From the NCBI GenBank assembly GCA_051294905.1, contig CM119371.1, positions 14,634,001 to 14,698,000 of the forward strand: DNA of 64,000 nt, given 5' to 3'. The stretch comes from Botryllus schlosseri. Taxonomy: Eukaryota. Positions 25,745 through 39,949 of the stretch are shown one piece after another. The notes below the pieces were generated by a model. The model searched no databases. It had not been told where the DNA came from and saw only the letters and a list, made by a program, of their open reading frames with translations. The position numbers were made by a program, and so were the translations under genes. Numbering within the stretch: the stretch's first letter is position 1; each line of letters begins with the position of its first letter.

Positions 25745-27530
25745 ACCGATCACGATCACGATCACCAATCACGATATAGAAATCTCAGGCATGTAACTAT
25801 GGTATGCGATTGTAGCTGTTGTAATGATTGGAAGTTCTGGGGTTCAATCTGAAAGTGGCTACTGATGAATTTTGGACCATTAATCCCAGCTGTGATATAT
25901 TGGCTAAAAACAAACGCTTTCTGTCGATTTAACTTAGGCTGGAATATTTTCCAATGGGTCCTAACAACTGTTGTAGGTTAATAACTATCAACATGTTTGG
26001 ACTTTGAAATTATATCTTTTGACTTGTCTGATTAGAACATGTCCAGCTCTCTCTCGAAAACTGTTACGAAACTAGATCTCAAACGGATTCCTATTCCACC
26101 CATATGTGGCTGGCAACATCGTAAACTTTGCCGCGTTGATTACTGCTGCGCCATGACTCTCCACGCACTATCGCGTCATGTCATGGGAATACTGTTATTT
26201 CAGCGGAAGTTGGTAGCTATCAACCTAAACCCGATCGAATTTTGTAACAAAAGCTCCCATACAGTGCCGCATTGCTAGCTTTATGGAAGTACTTGAGGCT
26301 ATAGTGATGTGCTATGTATTCGTTATTGAAGAGTGATGTTTGCATCGAACTCTTCACATGCAAACTTCGATCTGATTAAATAGTTTATGGCGAGTTTGTT
26401 TCCTAACATCGCATCGCAATCAATCGCAAAGCACGCCTTGTGCTGTTATATATTGAGAGACTCGATATGCAACTAGCAGTAGTTATATACGCTGGTTGTT
26501 TATTTAGTTATTTTGCAGCTGAATTGACACTCTTAAGTTTTCTGTCACTGTTATGAACGAATGCAGAATATCATCGATTCAATCCAAATGTACATTGCCG
26601 ATACAGCAGATAAGCAGCAATGTTCATTGGCCTCTTGAATGTATGCTAAAATCGAGCTAGCACTAGCTTTTGTGAGGCTTATGCTTGGTATATAGGAATG
26701 CGCTCCGTGAATCAACGGACGGTTATCTGATGTTCATTTCGTTCAAGAAAAGATTACTTCTTGAAAATTGCGTTTGTTAATGTGTTTAACAAGTTTTTCA
26801 TCTATGATTGTTTTAAGTTATCAATTCCCATTCATGTATTGCATTTGTTGTCTGTAAAATGTTAAAAGATATATTTATAACAGCCAATTACGCGCTATAT
26901 TTACTTCATTAACGTAATATCTCAGCATGTTGTTCCGATATTTATTTTTATGTGGGACAGTTGGTTCACCTACGATTGCTTATACTAAAAGACTGAATTT
27001 TCTTTTCGGTAACGGCAATGTAACGCATCACTTGCCCGTAGACTTAATCCGTTTTCTATTCCTAGTTCTTAACTTCTCTGGAAATTTTAATTTCAATGAT
27101 TGGACTTATGTGGAATAGACTGAAGCATTGCTTTCGTCAACTTGCTCATGAGTATTTTATATAGCTGTGAATAGAGTCAGTCTAGCCTGGAAATGCATGT
27201 ATAGCATTGCTCTGGTACTCAATGTAGATTTCCGTCACCTGCTGCTTACCAAAGAGGACCTTTTTCGAATCTGACCGTTTTACTTCATCATCAACAATTT
27301 TCGAAGACATTACTCACTGGATTCGGAGTTCATTAGTCTAATATATTGAATTATATGGTTGGATTTGCATCTTTTCGTCGGTGATATCACCTTGTGATAC
27401 ATAGTCCGGTTATCACAAATATCGCTTTTGAAATTGATTTTTATTTTAGATTTTAGAATATGAAACCGTGCTATAGCTCTTTTGCAATAATCACGGATAT
27501 GCATAGCAAAATTTTGAAATTTGTCACTAG

Positions 27531-27934
27531 CAGGGCAAGTTTTTGCAACTTTTGCAACTTTTTTTACAGCTTGTGGCAGCTTCCTAAATACTCGTAAGAT
27601 ATGTACAATGCTGTTTTAAGCTGTTTGAAGGAATCTAATAGTGCAACTTTTTGCAACTTTTGTCCATCTTTTTCATGCAACATTTTGCAACTTTCTCGAT
27701 TTTTCATGAAAGTATTTTCGATTTTGTGGAATACACGGCCAAATTCGACTGAAACACCGTAAATCAGCACCGAAGTAACGTTTTACGGGTATTTCGGGAG
27801 CTGAGCCGCAAAATTGACCTTTTTTTAGTCAACCAAGCAAAATGTGGTCAAAATGCAACTTCTGCAACTTTTGTTAAAATTAAAAAAATAAATGCAACTT
27901 TCTCAGGTTTTTAGTGCAACAAAAACTTGCCCTA
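27531..27934. mobile_element. hAT-like MITE with TGCAACTTT subterminal repeats
   Basis: TIRs cagggcaagtttttg / caaaaacttgcccta; TSD degenerate. Confidence 0.7.
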
Positions 27935-28121
27935 GGTATTAGTCGTGGATTGAGAAATGTCTACAAAGCATCGCCGCCGAACACTTTTTCAGCTACTCGG
28001 GAATATGTCAACTTTCTTTTCCCTACTTTGCCCCCTCGGCATTTAAAAGAACTTACTTCTCCACTTGTAGTCGAGTCAGCGGCGTAGCAGCATATGCTGC
28101 CGCCTGTGTCTTTCGTTGAAA

Positions 28122-28406
28122 ATGTCGTTCTCAAACTGGTGGGCGAGGAAGCATCCGAAGGGGGTCGCGAAGCTGCGATCAACAAAAAAATATTCGCGGT
28201 ATGCGTGATTTACATCAAAATCATAGTTATTGCTCTGTGTATAGTCCGAATTTCATATTTGAGAATTCTCTTATCATCGCCTTCCATGCCGTCGAACTAT
28301 CCGTTAGGATCGCAAGCATTCTGGTTGCATTTTGTGATACGACGACTGGGCGTGACATTTTTCACTATCATTAGGGGGCGTGTCTAAAAAAGTTTGAGAA
28401 CCACTG
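28122..28406. mobile_element. Buster-like MITE, same family as 40693-40999
   Basis: Right end ggcgtgtctaaaaaagtttgagaaccactg; degenerate left end gttctcaaactgg. Confidence 0.65.
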
Positions 28407-28914
28407 TTTATGGTCGGTAGTAATCGCTCAGATGAGTTCATATATATAGTAAACGCCAGTAACGAAGTTTTAAAATCGCAAACAAACCCGTACTATTTTC
28501 GAAATTATATTCTTTCAGCGTGATACGGATGATACATTCCCGCAATATTATGCTATTTTCACTAATAAATGTGATGCAAATTTATTAAAATGTTATTTTG
28601 TGGTTTAGAAATTACAACCTCGAACAAGTGAGTAGCTACGCTTCAATAACTGCTGGGTGAAAGTAGTGTGAAAGGCGTCAAAATTATCAACACTTAATTA
28701 TACATAGAGTGAATAAAGTCTTGAGTACGCAAATATATTGGATGCTGATCACGTACATATGTGTCCATATGCGTCTTTAGTGTATGGTACACGGCAGACA
28801 TGGGGCTAATACGGAATCAATATAATCGATTGCGATTACGATTTCTTCTGGATAGCGACATTGCGGTTGCAGCAAAATTACCGAACTGTAGTCGATTACA
28901 ATGACGGTTACATG

Positions 28915-29660
28915 CAGTGGTGGCTTTTGGGGTGTGCGAGGTGGGCGGTCGCCCGGGCCCCTTGGTCGAAGTGGCCTCCCTGTTTGGCTTAAGCACTTTT
29001 GACAAGGATTATAGCGAATAAACGTGAAAATCCGTATACCGATCAAAAAGATTATTCCGTACAGATGGGTCAATCATCATCAAATCTCTGCATTTGTTAG
29101 AAAAGTCCCATATCCCGATAATCATCACGTCTCTGCATGCGGTAGAGGTACTTAGTTTTGATGTAGTCCATCCTTGCACAATACACACATGCAATAATAG
29201 ATATGGCCTAATCTAGCGCCTGGCTCAAATCTTGACGTCGTGTGCTGGCTTGTTACAAATGTCAGCTGATAGCTTTCCAGATTAGTGTTGTTGATTTATC
29301 CTGCATCAGTTGCATCGATATTATATTATTTCACGCTACATGTCATACATCTTCAACATGAAGACATGAGCTATAATGAACTGGGTCATTTCTCTTTTTT
29401 TTGACAATGTATGATAAGAGAAAGGCTGTGGAGCTAGAGCAACTCCACATTTAAGCCTGCTTCAAAGCCATGTTATAGTGTCATACATACACCATGTAAT
29501 TCCGTTTCATATGGCGCACTAATATGAAGTTGGCAATAATTGATGCGAAAGGGGGTCTGGGGGAGTCCCCCCGAAGTTACGATTACATACTTGTAGCCCC
29601 CCTCTCCCCCGGGAAGTCTCGCCCAGCCCCCCCCCCCTTCCAATCGTTGGGCCACCACTG
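28915..29660. mobile_element. hAT (Tip100-like) element inserted in an older cgattac-repeat element
   Basis: TIRs cagtggtggc / gccaccactg; perfect TSD gttacatg. Confidence 0.82.
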
Positions 29661-30933
29661 GTTACATGGAAAGTTACCATGATTACTGATAACTACATTT
29701 ATTTTGCTTCCTTCTAGGACAAGATAACGATTGCGTTGTGATTGTCTAACTATGGATTGTTTTTTTTGGAATATTTTACGTGATTAATTTGTTACGTCAC
29801 AATAAAGCCTTTGCCAAACTCAATAACGTGCTCGTGCTGTATACGTGCTGTATAAGCGGATCGCTGACGGCATATTAAAATTCTGAGTAAAAATTGCGAA
29901 ATATCGATTGGTGCCTGTTTCAAGTAGGAAAATGAGATAAAATGTACATGAAATTCTCACAAAACAAATAGTGCTTCTCGTAGTTGAACGAACATAGGAT
30001 GATTTAGATATCAAATCATCAGTAAAGAACGGTTTCTGATATAATCTCATACATATCAGCGATATTCAGTGTTGTTGTTATTTATTGAAACAAAATTTTG
30101 GCGCTTATCACCTGTTAATCTTTTGCACCACAGTCAATAATTGGGTAAGTAGTTGCAGTGATGTCGTTCTTAACTGTCGCTCGAAGTTCTCGTATTGTGA
30201 TATTTGTACATTTTCGGTATGCGTGAGCTGCGTTATACGAGAAGCGTAATTCGTTGTATTGAAACTTCGTGTTCATGATGTGCTATCTCCTGTATGGACC
30301 AACTTCAAGTGGGCGGCAATCATTTACGCCTTTTAAAATGTATAAGAGCTAGTACCATATTATTCGGTCCGCAGTTCACGGCGTTGTATACGCCCGACCG
30401 GATTGTCATAAAAGTTGACGCATCTCTGCCTTAGATATTTTGTTTTGGAGCGCCGGTTCGCCGACTTTCCGGTGTAATGATTGGTTTGCTATTAGTCTTT
30501 AGTTAGAGAATGTTATAGCTGTGCTATTGTGCTATATTGCAGCAAATAATACGTTCATATTGCCAAAAAGTTACTCCACTCGAAGCTTTTCGATGACTCT
30601 CTTGTCAGGAGCGAACGTCCGTAAATGCTATAGCACAAAATAAAAACTATTTCAAAGTATTTGAACATTGATCTATGTTTTAAGCATTATATTATACCGC
30701 TGGTTTTCCTTTATTATTCGATAATATAGCATGTTTCAGGAAGTCACTTGTGTCATCACAAAGCATCATTATGCTGAACCACCTGTTATCAGCGAATCGT
30801 TAGCATCAGTTTGAAAGTTGTTAACATTAGAAAGAATCGTGGTTTTACTTGTGTACTGCAAAATAACGTGGACAAACTGAAATTTGAGTAGAGTTGTTTA
30901 CATGAAAAAATGCCATTGCTAAGTAAAGTATAA

Positions 30934-31300
30934 TAGGACTGAGCGCAATGATTCGAGCACTCACGGAAGACCGAATCGAGTACTTATAATAGCCATTATT
31001 TGAGTCGAGCATACGTATAGCTATAGAGGGTATTTTTCAAGTACCGAAATCATACGCCCCTTTCCCCTATGATCTACAATAGGAACTGGGATTATGGTTT
31101 GGATACTTTTACCCAGCATTGAATCCTTGCAATCTCAATTGATCTTATGATCGCATCCAAAACTTGTAGCAAATGACCTCGTGCACAACTGGAAATGACA
31201 TATATTTGGAGTCGTGATCAACAAACGGATTTGACACCAGTATAATAAAACATCAGTATGGTCGAATTAATACCAAATTATCTTCGATGTGGTGTGCAGA
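30934..31300 (+). mobile_element. Partial copy of the Ac-like 'tcgagt' family (cf. 38033-38541)
   Basis: Starts taggactgagcgcaatgattcgagcac; internal colinearity with the 38033 copy. Confidence 0.6.
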
Positions 31301-31520
31301 CTTGGACAACTAGATAGTTTCACAAAATAAGACAGAAATGCAAGTAATCTAATTCTAATCTGATTTGTGAAATGTTTCTATGCTCTAATTCTAATACTAA
31401 TCTAACTTATTGTTTTCCTGAAAATGCCCCGTTGTCCGCGGCATTTTGCAGCGAGTTAACAAGAATATCCCTCTCGCGCAGAGAAATCCATGTGCCAAGT
31501 TGCCATCGCGTTACTTACAC

Positions 31521-32113
31521 TATAGAATGTAAACATGGAATGGCAACGACCGACTTAGCAGTTTCGTTCCGGTTCGCTGAAGTTTTAATCCAGAATTGTT
31601 TTGCGTAAGCGACTGTAGGATTTTTGGCAATACAAAAGTGATCTTCTAGAGCGCAGAATTTACTGAATCCGGTCTTAATCGGTCGGTCTTATACGGTCAC
31701 ACTGACTCCAAAAGTATGAATTAACATATGGTCAGCGTCCATACATTGATGAAAAATCACCTTCAACATCTGAAATGTGCATTGTTCAGAACGATTGGCT
31801 TATCGCGACATATTGACCAAAACAATGACCCGTTGCGGCTCTCCGATTGTTCGGACAATGCCAACATTTCAGATTTGGTGTGTGATTCTACCTGGCACAG
31901 TGCCTGATCATATTTTTATTTATATTTTCGAAATCGGTGCGACAGTAGCTTTCGATCAAGACCAGATTCAGTAATTTCTACGTTCTGGAAGATCACATTT
32001 GGATTGCCAGAAATCCTACAGTCGCTTACGCAAAACAAGTCTGGATTCCAGCTTCAGCGAAGCGGAACGAACCTGCAAAATCGGTCGTTGCCATTCCATG
32101 TTTACTTTCTATA
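31521..32113. mobile_element. Second copy of the foldback MITE (family of 7039-7617)
   Basis: Same arms and central spacer (acaatgacccgttgcg.ctctccgattgttc); flanks cttacac/ctgacac (6/7). Confidence 0.85.
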
Positions 32114-32905
32114 CTGACACAGTACAATCCGTTCATTCGTATAATCAAAGAAGGTATTGTGACGACTTACAGCCATCCGTTAGTACAGCGCCGAACCGGT
32201 TTTAGCCAGTGCCAGTGTTGTTGGGCGCATGCGAATAGCTTATTCTGAAAGAGAAACAATAATAATTTGAAACTGAAATTAGTTTCAGCATTTCAGAATG
32301 CTTTACTTCGCGTTCTTCCAAAATCACAAATCATGTGACCCGCGTCTTTGTGACCCGGCCGTGGTGAGTGCAAAACGAGCCAATATTGGTGCAGAGACGT
32401 TAACCATTCTCTTGATTAACGCACTGGGATTTGATATGAGCTGAAGTTGAATTTTGCTGTATTCATTTCTCATACACAATTCCATTGAATATATAAGTTT
32501 TTGCGAATTAGGTAATTTTAATTCTAATATTATTTGGGAAAAACTGTGTAGCTTTAATTCTAATCTAATTTGATAAAGCTGGAGATTTTCTAGTTTCCAA
32601 GTCTGGTGGTGTGCCACTGGCATTATATAGTCAGCGGTAGCATTTATTAACCATACACATAAAGCATGCCCTTATCGTGTGACGATTAGTGATACTTAGC
32701 TACGCGACTCGACTCAGAGGCTAGCACGAGATTCGGTATTCACTAATAAATTCTGCACATCCCTACTAACTGCCTGGAATCCAGTGCAAGCGACACTAGG
32801 CTTGTAGGTCTTGTAGCGATCGACCAGGTCACCTAGCAGTAATTTTCTACTTGATCATTGTCACAGTTTCATCGGTATCTATATTGCTATGCTTGATTAA
32901 ACACG

Positions 32906-33973
32906 ATGAGCTTCTGCTTGCTGTCGGAAAAAGAGAAAGAAGAGCGGAAAATCAACGCAAAGATCGAAAAGGAGCTGCGGCGCGATAAGAACGAAGCGCG
33001 GGCAGAGTTGAAACTTCTGCTGCTGGGCACGGGAGAGAGCGGCAAAAGCACGTTCGTGAAGCAGATGCGCATCATTCACGGCAAAGGTTACAGCGACAAA
33101 GATAAGGAAAGCTTCAAAGTATTGGTGTACGAAAACATTATAACATCCATACAAAATTTGATACGAGCCATGTCTACCCTAAACATCGACTACGCCAACG
33201 ATGACAACGTCGTGCACGCCGAGATATTACTTGAAGTGGATAATACCACCGTGCGAACCTATGAGCAGTTCGTTGAGTTTGTGAACGCTATAAAATCGCT
33301 GTGGCAAGACGAAGGTGTGCGACAATGTTACGACAGACGGCGCGAATATCAACTGTCGGATTCCACGTCGTATTACATGAGCGATATCGACCGGATAAAG
33401 CAACCAAACTACCTGCCCACGCAACAGGACATCTTACGCGCGCGCGTGCCGACTACCGGTATACAGGAGTACACTTTCAAGCTTAGCACGATTTCGTTCC
33501 GGATGATGGACGTTGGCGGTCAAAGGTCGGAAAGGAGAAAGTGGATTCATTGCTTCGAATGCGTCACTTCCATTCTGTTCTTAGTAGCGTTGAGCGAATA
33601 CGACCAAGTCCTCGTCGAGGCGCAACACGATAATAGAATGGACGAAAGCATCGCACTCTTCAAAACAATATTAAATTACGATTTTTTTAAAGACTCTTCC
33701 ATGATTTTGTTTTTGAATAAAAAAGATTTGTTCGAAGAAAAGATCAAGGTATCACACCTTGCGGACTATTTTCCCGATTACGAGGGCGCACGGGAAGACG
33801 CGAAGCAAGCCTCGAGTTTTATTCTGCAGAAGTTTCTGCAGTTGAGAGCCGACGCGGGACGGGTGATATACCATCATATTACGTGTGCCACGGACACTGA
33901 AACAATGCGAGTCGTCTTTGACGCCGTGAAGGATACTATTTTGCAGAACAACTTGGATGAATATCATCTGTGA
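32906..33973 (+). CDS. GNAQ: Gq-family G alpha subunit, paralog 2, single-exon CDS, 355 aa
   Basis: GTGESGKS (Gq-type P-loop), [30 protein letters not shown]; closest to paralog 1; ends [10 protein letters not shown]. Confidence 0.93.
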   Translation: MSFCLLSEKEKEERKINAKIEKELRRDKNEARAELKLLLLGTGESGKSTFVKQMRIIHGKGYSDKDKESFKVLVYENIITSIQNLIRAMSTLNIDYANDDNVVHAEILLEVDNTTVRTYEQFVEFVNAIKSLWQDEGVRQCYDRRREYQLSDSTSYYMSDIDRIKQPNYLPTQQDILRARVPTTGIQEYTFKLSTISFRMMDVGGQRSERRKWIHCFECVTSILFLVALSEYDQVLVEAQHDNRMDESIALFKTILNYDFFKDSSMILFLNKKDLFEEKIKVSHLADYFPDYEGAREDAKQASSFILQKFLQLRADAGRVIYHHITCATDTETMRVVFDAVKDTILQNNLDEYHL

Positions 33974-34462
33974 AATTCGTAACTCAGTTCTAGCATATAC
34001 GGAAATGTGAGCATTTTAGAATGCACGCTTGGGTTTAATGCAAAGCGACTTTGTGGGATGGAATGCGAAGCGTCTGTGTATGCATGATTTATCGACAGTT
34101 CGATATTGGTTGCAAATGTAAATCGAAATCGTAGACAATCTCGGCTCTTTGCTCAAAATCTGGAAGAGTACATGAACACACGACGGTGCTTACTCCCAGC
34201 ATCCTAAAATGCAAGGTCGTTTGAATGTCATGTAGTTATTCGGAACTACCAGAACAACTGAATAGGCTTGTAACTATAGATGTGTTGCGATTATATCCGA
34301 AGCAATGATCGAAAATTATTGTTCAATATCAAAGTTTCTATTGGGAATTTAGGACTATTTAAGCCCGTTGATATATCAGAGCTTACAGCCGATGGTATTC
34401 AGTCTACAATATTTTACAACGTGTTGATTACTGTTCTGCAATGTGTCGCAATGCAATGTCGG

Positions 34463-34825
34463 GTCATAGGAGCTCTGTTTTTTTTTCAACGGATGTTGCT
34501 AGCAGTCAACGTAACTCGATAGAATTTTGAGCTCCGAGAAAGCCCCAACTCAATATTAGATATATGAAAGCACTTATCGATGAATAGCTTTGGCGTTGGA
34601 CTTATGAATTTTTTTTCTGTCGGTACCATCCGTCATAGGAGTTCGTTTTTTTTTCAGCGGATGTTGGTTGCAATCAACACAAACTCAATCGAATTTTGTA
34701 AAGGAAGCTCCGCCTAGGTATTAGATTTGTGAAAGCACTTAGCAATGAAATGCTGCGCCGTGTTCGGTATTGAACAAATAGCGTTGTCGTCAGACTTACC
34801 ACAAATGTTTCTGTCGGTACCATCC
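34463..34825 (+). repeat. Diverged two-copy tandem duplication (~170-190 bp unit)
   Basis: Both units begin gtcataggag.. and end ttctgtcggtaccatcc; a single homologous unit is seen near 26180 behind paralog 1. Confidence 0.7.
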
Positions 34826-34832
34826 AATAGTT

Positions 34833-35499
34833 CAGCGGTTCCCAGCCGGGGGGGAATTACCCCCTTGGGAAGAATTTTGAAATTTTTAGGGGGGAATCTG
34901 GCTTTGGTGTTGTATCGGAAGATACATCGGCTTCACAAGGCTTATAGATTTTTATGGTATAGCACCGTTAATTACAAATTATTTCTTTACAATTGTACGT
35001 TCCTTAGGCGGATTTTAAGCTAGGTGTATGTTTAAGTATCTTCCGTAGATATTACACCCCCTGATAAGGTAAGACTCGCGAGATGATCTCGTTGGGCCCG
35101 CGACAGCGTCCCGACCAAAGTGCTACTAAGCAAGAAAAAGTCAAGCCGAATTCAGCACAAGGCCCATGTGAAATTGTTTAACCTTTTAAGCCAACATCTG
35201 AGCTAACGTGAGAAACAAACCAAATTAATCGATGCAGTAATAGGGCATAGCAACCGGACTTGGTGATTTATCTTTCGTCAGCGGCTACCCGACCGGTAAA
35301 AAACAGGTCAAATTTAACTGTAGTACGGTCCCCATTCGACATAAATCGGACATCGTTTGGCCATTAATTGTTCAGCCAACAAGTGGTTGCGCGTTAAAAA
35401 GCACCTTTTTTACTCACAGGCAACTATATCATAGGGGGAAAATTCCAGCTCAAATATCGGCCAAGGCGACCACGAGACGAAAAAGGTTGGGAACCACTG
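34833..35499. mobile_element. Buster-like hAT MITE
   Basis: TIRs cagcggttcccagcc / ggttgggaaccactg; perfect TSD caatagtt. Confidence 0.85.
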
Positions 35500-35767
35500 C
35501 AATAGTTAATTGAACTTTGGGTTTCAAATGTGTAATCGCCATCAAATGCGAAGTCCGCCATTGGCCATATGCATTGCAACACTCGATATGCAAGAAGTGT
35601 CCTATATTTACGTTGAAGGATTGAATATTTATTTTGTATGCGAATTGTCCTCCGTGCAACTTTACTAACACGTAGACGTAGACACGTAGCTAAAAGAGAA
35701 CGCGATCGCACGCGCGCAACAAGACTCGTGATAGAACACCTTCTGTGTCATATTCGAACGCACGCCG

Positions 35768-36045
35768 GTTGCTGTTTGTGGTATTCGTGGTGTTTGTCGA
35801 CTACAATGGTCAATGGTCAATGGACTACATGGTCAGTGGTCACCCCAGGCGGATATACCTCACTTATGATTCCGTAGCTGCTGACTCGTAGCAATAACCA
35901 CTTTTAGGCTTTTCTAAGAGACTGCATTCGCGGATGAGGTGGCGGGGAGAGGCCTAGATCAACTTCGACCTCGGTCATTCTCGAACCCACATCCCATTGG
36001 TGTTGCAAACTGTGGATTATACCACTACGCCATCTCGCCATACCA
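35768..36045 (-). mobile_element. tRNA-derived SINE
   Basis: Minus-strand A box tggcgtagtgg (36022-36032) and B box ggttcgagaat (35977-35987); 3' end shared with copies at 5168, 18061 and 36104. Confidence 0.7.
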
Positions 36046-36103
36046 TACAGCGGACTCAGGTGATAAGGGCGAATTAGGTTAATCATTACGGTACGATTAC
36101 TTT

Positions 36104-36212
36104 GTACTATAAGTTGGCAACTACGGAGTCAAAATACATGAAATCGACCTGGTGTAAATGACTATTGTAGTCGACAAACACTATGAATACCACAGACAAC
36201 AACAACAACAAC
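36104..36212 (+). mobile_element. 5'-truncated copy of the same SINE ending in a (CAA)n tail
   Basis: Inverted match to 35768-35893; ends acaacaacaacaacaac. Confidence 0.65.
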
Positions 36213-38032
36213 TTCGTACTTGATTGCGTGAAGACACTATTATTGCTTGATAAAATTGCGTTTGTTAAATTTCATGATATATTGTGTTTAACTTAACTAA
36301 AGTCTAGGTTAACTACGTTTATTTTATGTTATCAATTCAATATGTTATACGTACTGCATAAATTAGGCACTTAACAGTTTGCAATATTTGTTGTTCAGAT
36401 AATGTTCTAACATACATCTGTAACAGCCAATACGTATTGCTTCTACTTCAATAGCATGTTATCTTGTCAAATCCGACATATACCTCCTATACTTTGGGAC
36501 TTACAATCGAGGAAACCCATCCCCTTCCCGAAGACCTACTCTGTTCTCGTCTATTCCTTGTTGTGAATGCATGCCGATATTTTCGTTTTGAAATTTGAAA
36601 TATTCTGAAATATACTCGAACACTGCCTTCATAAATTTGCTCAAGAGAATTTTCTATTAACTAGGAATAGAGCTTGTAGCCTTGCAATACATGCATATCC
36701 AGCTGAACAACAGGAGAGTGTAGGCTTATATGGCATTGTTGTGCTACTCAACGTTGGAATTTATTACCGAATTGCTTTTCGAATAATACCATTTCAATTT
36801 TACTTCAACAATGCGATTTGCCTCAATCCAAAACAAAATATAAATCATGTTCATGCAATAAGTACACACCTCGTCACACTGTTCAAGCCGTAAATAAATA
36901 GTGGCATTGACCTATTTCGCTCCCTCCTAGCTACGCCAATGTGATAGGATAATTTGCGAATAAGGAAGTATGATTAATTACACCGATTTGATGTGATACG
37001 CTCGGCGTGAATAGGCAACGGGAAAACGCTACGATCGAATATGGAATATGATGGATATCAGCTGTTCGACTCCGTTTTATATTATCAGGGTTACGCACAG
37101 TATGCAAGCACTCATCCAAACGTGTCCAGTATTGGTTACGAGGACTTCAACGGAATTTAGAGTACCGGCATTACGACTTTGTGGACTGCAAATGACGGCA
37201 ATGATCATTTCGGTCAAAGACTTTCGTTAATCGTGAGATCCTCAGAACATGATGTACAACGAACACTCGCCAAAATATGTATATTCACACCACACACAGT
37301 TCATATATGAAGGACTGCTTAAATCTGTCATATATAACGATACTATTCTTACCGAGTTCTGACATTTATTACTGGTTCTGTATCTTGGTGACCAACGCAG
37401 TTCTATGTTTCTAGATATCCCTGATCCCAATCCTTCGACATCGCTGTTTATTTAAGTAATTACGCATGATTGTTGAAGACTGTTTACCCGCAATTTATGG
37501 ATATTCGTGTAACCGTATGTATGGAAGTAACCGTTGACGCAGGTCACAATACTCATATAGCAATTCAAAAGGTTTCTGTCTGATACGATTGGATCGCAGC
37601 CTCAACTACCAAGAAATCATGAGTGACTTTATAATAATAATCAATAAAATATGAAAAATTATCCATCCGGCGATGAAAAACGAGGAAAGGATGAATGTAA
37701 ATATATGTGTACGTACGTATGGTACGTATAGATCCGGAGGCCTTTTACGCCATGTCTGTTCAAGTGTTCATTGATGAAACTACGTCTATATCGGGAAACT
37801 TGACACAATCTATCTGTTATCGAACAATAAATGTGCAGACAGTTTTCAATTGCAAGTTAAAGGGGAATGGAATTTGGAATATGCACATTGAGCTAATTGC
37901 AGCCTGGGACGTGCGTGGCGGCTACATGACGAAACAAAATGCATGAGCATTGGCAACAGGAAAATCCCTAGTAAGTGAGCCAGACTTTAAAAAATCGACC
38001 CTTTAACACGGATTCCGAAATATGCTGATTAC

Positions 38033-38541
38033 TTGAGCCGGGCACAATGATTCGAGTACTCGAATCTGAATCTAGTATTAATGTTGATGATTCCAGTCGA
38101 GTAGTCAAACATGTTTTTTTCGAGTACGGTAATTAAAAGCTCCTCGCCACTGAAAGTTCATTTACCAACGAAAATTATAGTTTCGATACTAATTTTCATT
38201 GTGGAAGCGTTGAAACCTTGATTGGACGTATCATATCGTACAAAGCTACGGACGTTACTGGAAATTGCACATTTCCGAAAACATGATCATCACACAACAT
38301 TTTCACCAAGTGGAATGAAATCGGTTTGGTCCAAAACTACCAAAGTATCTTTAATGTGATGGATAACAAGCATTATATTCTTTGTGGTGATATAAGAGGT
38401 ACATATTTGAACATTGACACGTTACATACTGTTATGACGTCATATTAAGTGATACTCGATTACTCGACTCGACTCGAAGCATATCAAGGAATTCAGAATC
38501 GAATCACTCAGGTACACTACTATTCGATTTTCCCAGCCCTA
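38033..38541 (+). mobile_element. Ac-like hAT MITE with tcgagt/actcga repeats
   Basis: Ends ttgagccgggcacaa / ttcccagcccta; TSD ctgattac/ctgatcac (7/8, nTnnnnAn pattern). Confidence 0.78.
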
Positions 38542-39434
38542 CTGATCACTACTTCTGTGTGCAGATTCATGATATAGGCCTACATACGCATGATCTGTGG
38601 ACACTGGACACAGGGCACAAGTACCTTGAATGAATAGTGTACAGTTGTGCACTGTGCATATGCCGCTGATCAAGGAAGACACAGATATAAGTTGGGAAGC
38701 CACAGATACAATTTTTACTAATCAGGTCTCTGGTCTGTCGCGGCCGGGGGCTGTACCCTGTGCCGGCGAGCTACTGATCAAGAAGTCGGTCGCTCCACCA
38801 TTACGCCATCTCGTCGTTGCGATTCGCTTTCGATTCCCGCTGTTTGTCTCTCAAGAACTCAGTCACTAACCGGTTGAATAGCGGTACGAAGTTGCGATAC
38901 ATCTGCAGGTAGCGGGATGAAGGGCATCCGGCGTAAAACTCACGCCGAGGCCGTTTTCAGAAGACTTAGCATTTGAGCAATGAGCATTGAGCAATGATCT
39001 GCCGAGTCAACTCAAAAATACGGGATAAGTCGAATAACTCTCTCACTCCATCGCGTGGAGCCTATAATACATGGTTCTTTCGCGCATTATTATTACCGGC
39101 TTTGTTTCTGATAAACGCAATTATAGCCCGCAAAATTATAGCGCAATATTCTGGAAATTCTTAGAATGCAAAGTTATATTGAATTACATTGGAATCGATC
39201 AGCTCGTAAATTTTAAAGGGAAACTAGCATAATCGGATTTTTGTGTGATCCATGCCAGTAATCACACTTGGCAGTGTGACTCACCTCAGTACACTGTGTA
39301 GGCCTACGTGTAAAATCATGTATTTTTCTGTTTTCCACTATAGAGTAGGTTGCAATAAAACTACTTGTTCGGTTCAGGTCCACTTTACGAGCAACCATTT
39401 TCAACCATGCACATTAACAAGACGAAGTTGTGTG

Positions 39435-39871
39435 TAGAGCGCGACCGATCATATTATCGGTTCACCGATAATATCGATTCGATATCACACGTTGACAGAA
39501 TTATCGGTGTCGGCCATTGGACGTGAAAAAATATCGGCAATTTTCCTGACGTCACAACATGATTGTAGGAAGTCCGAAAACTATAATCCTTGACCGCTAG
39601 ACCGGAAATATTGCCATACTACATATTATTACTTACACTTTCAAGGTGTCCAGCTACAGCACTTCAAGTTTATTCCATGTTCAAGTATGACCATGGCAGT
39701 AAAGCTGTCGAAATAAATGCTGAAGCTCTGAAAATGCACCCTTTAAGATCGATTCCATCTTCTGTGAATATCGGCTGTAGTGTACGGCTGTATATATCGG
39801 TGTTATCGGCGAACGAATCAGACATCGGTTTTATCGGTATCAGCACAAAATCCGATATCGGTCGGGGTCTA
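39435..39871. mobile_element. Ac-like hAT MITE with atcgg repeats
   Basis: Ends tagagcgcgaccgat / atcggtcggggtcta; clustered tatcgg motifs at both ends; TSD unclear. Confidence 0.65.
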
Positions 39872-39949
39872 GTTTCTACGTTCAACATACAGCAATTTAA
39901 GTACACTGCGCTAATAAATTCATTGAATACAGTTTTGGTCTCTCTTGTA

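Noticed and set aside
38720..39050. GC-richer segment with aagggcatccggcgtaaaac, reminiscent of retroelement UTR or SINE sequence
   Set aside because: Single degenerate copy in the window; boundaries and identity cannot be supported.
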